Positions 54,270-64,000 of a stretch of 64,000 nt of DNA are shown here, piece by piece. Source of the stretch: Nymphaea colorata (Eukaryota). Position 1 is the stretch's first letter. Each line of letters starts with the position of its first letter. The DNA is taken from the NCBI RefSeq assembly GCF_008831285.2, contig NC_045138.2, positions 27,280,001 through 27,344,000 on the forward strand, given 5' to 3'. The notes under the pieces were generated by a model, which worked only from the letters and a program-made list of their open reading frames with translations, searched no databases and had not been told where the DNA came from. The translations under genes were made by a program, and so were the position numbers.

Positions 54270-57200
54270 CGTGCACCAACAACGGGAAAGCTGCAGATTG
54301 ACTGTGACTGAGATGGAGTTGATCTGGCGCCTTCAATTCAATGGAGTAGAAGAAACTCTTCCTGCTAGCAGTGCAAACGGCGATCTCGGCAACCTTCTGT
54401 CGTCTAATATGGAAATGGACTAACTCATGCAAGTGTTGAGCTCAGAGAAATTAATTGCCAAGGCGACTGTAAAGATAGCTATCATTCTGAATTGGATCTT
54501 GTGCGCAACTACTGTTGGTAGCTCATCAGAATCATCGGGAGCCGACATTCAACCGAATTAATATTGCAAGCCAAATCATAGATTCATTGTCGATTCTGAA
54601 GTGGTCAGTCGATGAATATTAGACGTTATATATCTTAGTTGGTATTTTTATATGGCAGTAAATCTTTATGTTCAAAGCTTAAGATAGTTTCTATTCTGTG
54701 CTTTCAATGCACGGAGAGGATGCTGCAAGATAAAAAAGAGAAACCTCCAGTGTCATTGTTCTAAATCTTTTAGTACATGAACAACATAATTTTTTCTAGT
54801 GAATTCCTATACTTTCTGCCATTTGAATCAAATCCAACTTAGCAAAAAAGAAGCAAGAACCAGTTGTTGATTTCATCTAAAAAGTATAGAGTAGAGAGAG
54901 AGAGAGAGAGAGATTTGTCTTTTCAATTGGCAAGTTGGGGTTAGGAAGAGGCCTACTAGTTTATGGGGAATTGTGAGCCCTAAAGATTGAATCTTTAAGT
55001 CCGTTCCCCAAATCAAAGCGGACCCAGCTTCCCTTGGCAGGCCTTTCTAATCATTTAATGGACATTGTTGTGACATGTGCTTGACAATGTCTCGATTGTT
55101 ACATGTGACTGAATCCAATTTCAATTTCTATTGAATTTAGATCAGACGAATTCACAAGGCTGCTCAAGCATGGAGTGAACATCGTCTAGTGTTTGACTAC
55201 TATTAATGTGAAATAACATCAGAATCTCACGGTTTTCTTTTTATGATCATAATTTATCGATACTATGCTGAAAATTAACTAAAGATGCGTGTGATCTCTT
55301 GTAGTATTACATGCTACTTACTCTAAAATCTAAACTCAGTTTTACAAGGCCCTGATTGACTGAAAAAGAATATAAAAATAAAAAGAATATATATGCAACT
55401 GACACAATCCTTGGTCGTCGCTCTTCGACGGCGAAGAAAAGCTACATTGAGATACGTTTACATGGACAGAGGCAATATGAATAATTGAAGACAAAAACGA
55501 TGGTGGGTGTGGTCAAGAACAATGACGGGACAATCCGAGACGCAACTTTTTCTGGTCTTAAACCTAGTGCTTCGCTACCCAATGAAGAAAAAAATGGCTA
55601 CCTGTAAACCATATCTTTATTGGAGTAGGTGTTGAAATGGTTGGTCTTCAAACTGATATCGGTTGTGATCATTCGAACTGTAAATTTTTCTGAAAGGCAA
55701 GAATCTGGATTCAAAGTTTGTTGAGGAAACTGGAACTAGAGCATAACCTGCAATTGATACGCTTATCGAAGCATAACCATGACATAGATTACATGGTCAA
55801 TCGATTAAATATGTTCCGACGCCGAAGAAAGGCCGATTGGTTATTCATTGCACAACCAGCATCCGTTCATCTGTGGATAACCTGTTCTTGTTTGTGTTAT
55901 TTACAAAACAAATCATGCTAATCCAGTTCAAGTTACAAAAAAAAATTGCCGATTTTATTATTATTTATTTGTTTGCTTCTATTTTTCATCTGTAAATGCT
56001 GTTAGCATTTTCTTTTCTTTTGCTTCCTTCTTGCAGCATCTTATCGTAATCTCTCTCCATCTTCACCCTAGACAAAATATCAAACCACTTTACTACCACC
56101 ACCGTGGGTGGCTGCTACTACCACCATCAGTACTACCATCAACCGTTCTTCTGCAGACATCCTCTAACCACGATCATGATCGCTCACTGTCATCGCCGCC
56201 ACTGCTGCTGCCATCAGCCCCACAGCCATTCGAGTTACTGATCCTCGATCTCATTCATTAATCGAAAACGACACCCAATTTTAATGTGAGCAGAGATCCG
56301 TTTATGACAATCTCAAATTCTTGCAGATGATTGGTCTCATCAATTCATGCTCGCATGTTGGGACTGAAAAAATTTTCTTCATTGGTGACATTATGCTGCG
56401 TCACTGACTGTACGCCATAAAAAATGGACGGTGGAGAAAATGGATGTCTTGTATGACTCGTCAAGTTGCATGATTCCTGATAATGTCCACTTCTCACTGG
56501 CCGACACTGAATATTACGGCTTTTACCATGATATGAAGATCACACCACCATTAATTGCTTCCCCAAATAAGGGCCAAAGCTCTTAATTAGATCCCAAACA
56601 ATGTAGACGTATTTTTCATCTCTACCTTCTCGAATTAGAGCATGCCAAACTAATCCTTGAAGTTAAATCTGTCAATAAAGACTTTCTGCTACTGAAATAA
56701 CATTTACTACTGGAAGGAGAAATAAGAATAACGAGTGCCATTGGATACACACGCATTTGTAATCCCAGATCGATTATACAACTGTGATAAAGCACCATCG
56801 GCTGTCAAAATAACAATAGCAGGAACGCTAGTTCGTTTCGATTATGTCAGATAAAATTAGGAAAAACCCTGTGGTTGCTGCCCAATTATTGCGTCACATT
56901 TCAGATCCTACCAAGTCCAAGAGGTGTTTAAATTGATGCCAAAGAAGAGGAGTTATAACCTGTTATTTATGAAAGTCTGCAATCAAACTGATCTTTAATT
57001 TTTTTAATGTAAACCTTACCACAAGGTAAATGACTGTAGTAAGACCGGAATACACAAATATCAAGGCTTAACCATTTGATAAAGAGAAATGTGTCTATTC
57101 AGATGTTCTTCTAAAGCATTAAAAGGAAAGAAGTAATTTTCAGACTGCAGATTCATGTGAAATAAAAGGCGAGGTATAAAGCAGATAAAGAAGACTTCGC

Positions 57201-57611
57201 AGAACAAACTAGAGAGCAACAAAAATTACTCTTGACATGCACATCAGGCAACGAATTAGAATCACAGTGAGCATCTACCATCATATATATGTGTATGCAC
57301 GTGAAAGTGAGAGAGAGTTTTTTATAGACAGAACTCCAACTTTTCTCACATTTTCTAATTATTATCTTCCCAAAAAGCAAAGTAATGAATTGACATATCA
57401 CTGTTGGACACTATCTTACAAGGAAGAAATCCAGAAAATCAATTCAAGGACGAGGTCGTAAAAAGATTATACATGCACGACTAAGAATAATTGAAGGATG
57501 ACAAAGCTTGAAACACCAAAATTGCCTATTAATGGCAGCTACTGCTGGCAAAAGAATTAAAGATCCTCTCTGCAGGAACAATAATAACTTATTCCTTCTC
57601 AAACAGCACCA

Positions 57612-60600
57612 CTATCTTGCACTAAGGTAGTAATCAGTAACAGTCAGAAACACATGCTTCCCCAGAAGAACTTCAACATCAGGCTGACCATCTATGATGC
57701 CCACTTTTATCTGGAAAAGAAAAAGAACTTCAGTTTTCACTGCTGAAAGGTTGCAAGATAGCATGAGAGCAAAGCAAAGCTAGCAGCATTGGACTTTGAT
57801 TACTCAAAAATTTTCATTTACAGTTTGGAATAAGTTATATTGAAGGTTCGTTGGTGCAACAGGGGATGTAAATATCATTGCATATGATATGTATGACAGC
57901 CATCTAGTGGTGGGCTTTATGACAGACCGATGTATTTTACCTGTAGCAGGCATTGTGTTATGCCAACAAATTTTAAACTATTTGCCGCATTTTTCGCTCG
58001 AATTTCAGTTAAAAGTGCTTGATTAAATTTTCATGCTCAAAGCGTCAAACCTTCCCACTAAATTTCTAGATCTAAATTTGAAATATCTTATTGTTTTCAC
58101 TGATTCAATCCTAGGGACCTTAGTCACAAATTTGTTTTTTGTGTTCTAAAGGGCAAGGCTTTCTCAAGTACAAACCAACAAGCTTAAAAACAGGGGGGGA
58201 AATATGGCAAATTTTTTAAAAATATAAATCCTAAAAATTAAGAGAAAAATAAAATAAGTGAGAATCTATTAAGACAACATCAAAATAAATAAGCAACAAA
58301 TAAAAATTGGAAAATAGAAACAGTTTAGCATTGAAAAAAGTGAAAAAATGCCTAAATGAAAAAAACAAGAAAACATGTCTTTTGTTTGGGTGTTTTTTTT
58401 TTAACAGCACTTTTTTTTGCTTTTTTCGGCTGACTTCTTTTTAACATTTTAGTTTTTACATGCTTTTTTTTTTTAAAAAAAACACATTTTTTATGAATAT
58501 GCTAGGGAATGTAGGGTCTTGTGCTAAGCCACACGGGTATGTGTGATTTGCTCATGTACCTGTGTCCGTAGATGAGTACGGCGACATGGGTACATGGTAT
58601 GGCAGCATTTTTTTTTAAACATAAAAAAATATATTTTCAAACTTAATTTTTTCTTTAATTTTGATTTTTACCTTTTGTATTTCCCTTCCACCAAGATTCT
58701 GTATTTTCCTCTCATTTTTCTTTAATTTTGAGAATTTTTATGGATTATTATTATATACTGTCATGCCTTTGTACCCAAATTTTTACCGTACCCATGTGTC
58801 TTAGGTCATGTGCAAGCTGTTCAAAGGTCAAATAGAAACAGGGAACTAGAAGCAGGTAAAGAAAATGGTTCCATTCATTAATATACTGATCTCATACTTT
58901 AACAAAGAAATTTTATTCTTTGATGTGTATGAATAAGGGAGTTTGATTCGATATCCGAGAACTAGAAGCTGTAGACATTGAACCTTTTGTAGTTCAAAAA
59001 ATTCATTAAAACAAATTTCAAAACAGCAGCGAACCTAAAAATCCATAGTGCCCTATAGATTACCCATGTTCATTGCCCTGCTTGGATCCTATTAGAAAAA
59101 TTTATGGAATCTCCTATAGCGATCAAGAACAATGTTGTGTTTAACGTAGCTTATCATATTACATGCTGTTTTTCTTTACTTTGCACATTCAATTTTAAAC
59201 TTCTAAGACATTCTTTATAAGTAAAGAGAAAATGAAATGATTGAAGAAAGCAAAACAAAAAAAAAGCTGAAGGGTGCATCTGATTGGAAAAAGTAAAGTT
59301 GATCAGGCATCTTAGAGTTAGTCCAGAGTCAAGACCTTGTTTCCTCTAGCTTGAAATTCTGATCTCAAATTTGAATAATCCCTCGACAACAAGTAAGTTT
59401 TTAGGTTGTCCACCTGCTTCTTATTCCCTAGCCACATACAAAAATGTGCATTAGATAATTTTATCAGGAAATCAAACATCATTGAACTTGGATGATAAGC
59501 CCAACAAGATAACCTGAGTATAACATGAGTAAGGAAGAAGTATCAAATGCCAAAGCAGGCCTTGAAAGGCTGACAACTAATGACATGCCAGATATTCCCG
59601 TGAATTTCTCTGAACAAAGTAACACCTGCAAACAAAGATCACAGATTAATTATTATAGCAAGAGAGAAATTTCTGAACCAAGTGAAACTTCACGGAGCAT
59701 GCACATGACACCCTCTTATCCACACATAGAAGACATTTATCCATGCATTACTCACTGCATGAGATGGCATTGAGGAAGAGTTCATCAAAGGGCAACCAAG
59801 TACATCCTTGATATAATCCGCCTGTATATTCAAATAACATAACTAAGTTATGCTAGCAAACAAGATAAAAAGTGCAGATAAATTCAAACCTAGGATAGCA
59901 AGAAAACAAGAAAATCACATATACCTGTGAGTTTATGATATTATCCAGGACAAACTTATTCTCATCACATGGTTCATAATAGACCTCAACAGTGTCAGTT
60001 GGTTCCAGCCCTGCTTTTTTTCTTAACTTCTGGACCCTGTTAATAACCTGTACAAGACAACAACAACCACAAGGCAGACCTAAATCAATGGTTCGAACCA
60101 GCAGTCAAGGAGCCACAATGCATTATAGACAAACCAATTTCCTAAGCAACCAAACTTCTTTGAACTATTCCTAACACACTAAAACCAAACAAGTGAACTG
60201 CTATGTCACATGGGCGTAGGGTGCAGGTGCAGATGCAGATGCGACAATTTCTCAAAAAAAATTTGTTGCAAATGCAGCGAGGATGTATATATATCATCTG
60301 TTAGATAGTTATTTAATTGTTTAATAGCCTTATTTATCTATATTTACATGTAAAGTTTTATATTTGAGTTAGTTTATTCAGGTGGTCCATAAAATGGTCA
60401 GTGTTGGCCAGTTTAAGCTAACTGCACCAAACATGCACTATAGGAGAAGCACCAGCACCAGCATTGACACAGATGCGACATAGGTGTGAGAAGACGTTTA
60501 GGAGCACCCATGTGACACAGGTGAACAGTTAAACAAGACAGCTTCTAGATCAGATTTAGAGTAAGGCGGTGAAAGATGAGAAGATTATCAGCATTAATCA

Positions 60601-63600
60601 TTGTTAATTGGAATTCTTTGGTGTTTAACCTAAATAGATTGTAAAGTCACAATCAACACAACCTTGGGTCAACAAGTGCATAAACATGTCATGCTGCCAT
60701 GGATTGAACTAAGGATATCCTCAACAGCATGGCAGATTGGAATTGGAATTGATCAAGCCAGTTTTCGGTGAGTGGGAAAAATATTTTATCCCAATGCCCA
60801 AATAAAAGCATAGCCCCACTCCTTCCCTTGCCCCTAGGTTCCACAGCTGCACGGTGCCTAGTGAGGGGTTGGTGTACCTTCAACTTGGTACTACGCCCCA
60901 CTGCATTAGCACAGAGGCATAGCACACACAGACTCGGATGGACCATAACTGTCTAACCAGCTATGCTATGCCTTTCGGGGCTAATTGTTTCCAAGCCAGT
61001 TGAACAGTAGAATCTTGACTTCAAATTAAACAAAAATGTAAAAGACTAAACAGTTTAATATTTCAAAGAGTTTCACTTTCTTTTTAGAGTGTAAACTACA
61101 GATACAATAGACAAAGGGGGTAAGAAAGGAACAGTAAAAACATATTAGAACTTCCTTTTGGACTTAGCATCAACAGCTCCAAAGGAACATAATCGAAAAC
61201 AATGTGTTTGGTTCCTCTTCCTAGGATGCAGAAACAGAATTACTGTTCCTAGTGTCCCAGGAAAAGGGAAAACAAATGCACTCCTAATTCACAATGAATG
61301 GATGCTACATGCCATCCCTTGGCACTCCACAGGATGCACAGAAGCAGGGCTGCACAATGAGTCGAGCCAACTCGGGCTCGACTCGAACTCGCTCGAGTAA
61401 AGTCGACTCGAGCTCGACTCGTTTTTTATACGAGTCAAGCTCGAGCTTAAATATAAACTCGAGTATGTTAATGAATCGAGTTCGAGTTAGTCGAACTCGG
61501 CTCGATTGAACTCGACTCGGCTCGACTTTAATCTCATTTTTTATTTGGCGTTTTTAATCTTCCATCCTTTTTTTCCTCTTAATTTTTTTGTTTTAAGTTT
61601 TAAAATTTCCCTCTTTTCAATCACTTTTTTTTCCCTCCCCTTTTTCTCTCTCACCACGTTCATTTTTCGGTTTTCCTTCCTTTTTTTCTCTTTTCCCACA
61701 CACCGCCTTTCTTCCTCCCCACTTCCTTTTTTTCCCTTTTCCCAACACGCCCTTTTCTTCCTCCCCACTTCCTTTTTTTCTCTTTTCCCAACACGCCCTT
61801 TTCTTTCTCCCCACGTCGTCTGCCAGCCCTCGAATGCAGCGAAAAAGGAAAGCATTACCGATAATAAACAGTTTAAATGAGCCGCTCGAGTCAAGCTTGA
61901 GCTCGAAGGCAGTCGCTCGAGTCGAGCTGACTAAATATGAGTCGAGCCGAGCTTGAGCTTGACTCGGCTCGTGTGCAGCCCTACACAGAAGGTGCATGTC
62001 CCACATTTGCATCAACACGTGATTGGTGGAATGTTCAAATCAAACACTCTCAAACTGTGTGGAAAAAATGCAAAAAAAGCTGGAGATCCAAACGTTTACA
62101 TATAATTTAGATTTTTTTTTCATACTTCATATTATTTAGTTTATCTTTCTAAACAAATATATCTCCCTTAAATACTTTATTTAAATTGTTTTCTAAGTTT
62201 GTCAACGATTAAAAGAAACAGATTAACAATAACAAAAACGTGCTCCACATCCCTAATAAATTATTATGAATATGAAAGGAATTTCAAGACAGATCCTACA
62301 CTACAGGAGCTTCTGCTTGACTGAAATATGTTGCTTCTTCATAAAAAACAAATTTATCAATAAGAAACATACAGTAGCCCAGTTCAAGAAAAATAAGCTG
62401 GTTCATGTTTTTGTGCAAAATACACTTATAGTTGTGTATGCAATGACACAAAAAAATGTGTTACTGTAAGTCCACGTTTTGAAGCATCACAGATGCAAGA
62501 AATTTTGTCACTACGCAAAAAAGGGTGAAATCCATCACCATGCATATTACCTCACGTGCAACCCCAGACTCAAAAAGGGATTCATCAGGGCGCAGATCCA
62601 AGACAACCAACACATCACCTGAAAGAAATTTGGAGACCAAAAGGCTATTATAATCTGTATGTAGACAAGCAGAAACATGAATAAACTGAGAAATTGGATC
62701 AGACAACTTGACATATATGTCCCAGCCAGAATCAATAATTAATAGGACTCCAAGTGTTCCCCTGTGTCTAGAGTCCCGTGACACCAAGTACACAGTGTTC
62801 ATAACTTTAAATAGATAGAATCAGTTCTTCTCACTATTTCTTACAGCAGAATCACAACAATCCATAATCAAAACCCAGAATACTAGGTAGTTCTCTACCG
62901 TGCATGCCCAAAGACAGACGTACAAAACAGAATGATTTGAAATTTAAAAATTATGAGCAAACATGTAATTCAGATTAGGAGCGTACCGTCACCAGCTGCA
63001 TCTATTTCCTTCTCTGTTGTGTTAGCAGGTCTTTTAAACTCTCGGACCACCTATGAGCAAACAAGCAGTCGCAAAAGTTATGCCCATTGTTAACACAAAA
63101 ATCCAAACAGTTCATGCAGTGATCGCTTACAAGTTGAACAACCAATTGATGGAAAACATAAAGGTGCTAAGTACCACACTGTGTTCTCTGATAACTAAGC
63201 AGAAAGGTAGTGTAACAAAAAAGCTGCATTCCCCTAACTGCAAGAACTCCATCTAACTGGTAATAACTTTAGTTGGAAGTATTCTGAAGAAAACATGCCT
63301 TCCATCTATCCTCTTAGCTGAGATGAATGGAGCAGACTCATCTATCCATAAGCAGGAATATTTGTAAAAGCAAACTACACATTCCTCCTAGGCGCAACCG
63401 TGCAAGGCCTCCATCTACCTGATACTTGGAAGAAAATTTATGCTGCCTATCTACGTTCTTATTTAACATAAATGGAACAGACTCACCTATTTATAAGTGA
63501 AATTGAGGTTTATTTATGCACGTGTTAGCTTTATAGACATACATTTTGAAAGGCCAGACTGCCATCCAAAAATGAACTAGCTTGGAAAGATGGAATCCAA

Positions 63601-64000
63601 ATTAAATTCTAAACAGGCACAAGATAGACACAAAATAGATACAAGATCTCATAACAGCAACCAACGGGTCACAAAATAAACACAGGGTCAATTACGTCCA
63701 CAGAAAATGCTAACCTTGATGTCTGACAGCTCCAAACGATGACCAGCAAATGTCACTCCACCAGACTTTTCAAAAGCTAAAATATCGGCCTGAGACATGG
63801 CCTTGATTTCCTTAGCTACAACTCCCATAGCTTTCCCAAGTCGTTTACCTAGAACACTGAAACAGAAAAACAGCATTGAGGCAAGCACAAAAATTGAAGT
63901 GACTCAGCATGACTTGGCCTAAATAAAGAGGAAGAAGCAAGTAAACTTAGCTCATACCTATACTCAGGTTCTGCACGTAAGGATGCGTATGTCAAAGGAT
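57612..64000 (-). CDS. IleRS: Cytosolic isoleucyl-tRNA synthetase, C-terminal exons (5' part outside the window)
   Basis: Exons (-) >64000-63958, 63856-63715, 63050-62987, 62618-62551, 60047-59925, 59821-59756, 59625-59514, 59427-59336, 57710-57612; GT-AG and in frame. Translation includes YASLRAEPEYSVLGKRLGKAM, DAAGDGDVLVVLDLRPDESLFESGVAREVINRVQKLRKKAGLEPTD, YLLSRDYSNLRSEF and LGKHVFLTVTDYYLSAR*, the eukaryotic cytosolic IleRS C-terminus. Confidence 0.93.
58119..58501. mobile_element. hAT-type MITE (CATAGTCATAAA-like TIR) in last IleRS intron
   Basis: Ends CTTAGTCACAAA / TTTATGAATATG; TSD CTAGGGAC (58111-58118) / CTAGGGAA (58502-58509); A/T-run core. Confidence 0.65.
58524..58804. mobile_element. 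MITE of the CTAWGTCACAYGG-TIR family
   Basis: Ends CTAAGCCACACGGGTA / TACCCATGTGTCTTAG; TSD GTCTTGTG / GTCATGTG (7 of 8 match). Confidence 0.8.
60201..60520. mobile_element. MITE of the CTAWGTCACAYGG-TIR family
   Basis: Ends CTATGTCACATGGG / CCCATGTGACACAG; TSD GTGAACTG / GTGAACAG (7 of 8 match). Confidence 0.82.
61345..61983. mobile_element. Intact hAT-type MITE (639 bp) with CTCGA subterminal arrays, in IleRS intron
   Basis: TIRs CAGGGCTGCACA / TGTGCAGCCCTA; perfect TSD CACAGAAG at 61337-61344 and 61984-61991; dense CTCGAG/GACTCG repeats; pyrimidine-rich core. Confidence 0.92.

Noticed and set aside
61506..62018. Low-complexity Phe-rich and Lys-rich ORFs
   Set aside because: They come from the pyrimidine-rich core of the hAT MITE.

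Overview
Intron-rich, AT-rich flowering-plant nuclear DNA; the species cannot be determined from the sequence alone. Six protein genes could be built by hand with consistent GT-AG junctions and reading frames. They are THOC6/DWA1 (+, 5' part outside the window), a TRB4/5-like single-Myb-histone telomere-repeat-binding factor (-), the mitochondrial dicarboxylate/tricarboxylate carrier DTC (+), an EXD1-like 3'-5' exonuclease-KH protein (+), an intronless bHLH87/HEC/IND-clade factor (+) and the 3' end of cytosolic isoleucyl-tRNA synthetase (-). The non-coding DNA holds an old, decayed plastid insertion (trnV intron/exon 1-trnM-atpE), several hAT-type MITEs with 8-bp TSDs, a 1.8-kb PIF/Harbinger-type element with gene-like internal cargo, tandem duplications and many microsatellites. 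I found no convincing new multi-gene system. The best leads are the NUPT, telo-boxes upstream of the TRB gene itself, the Harbinger cargo, an AuxRE cluster behind bHLH87 and a possible structured ncRNA near 24 kb. Family assignments rest on remembered sequences, not database searches.
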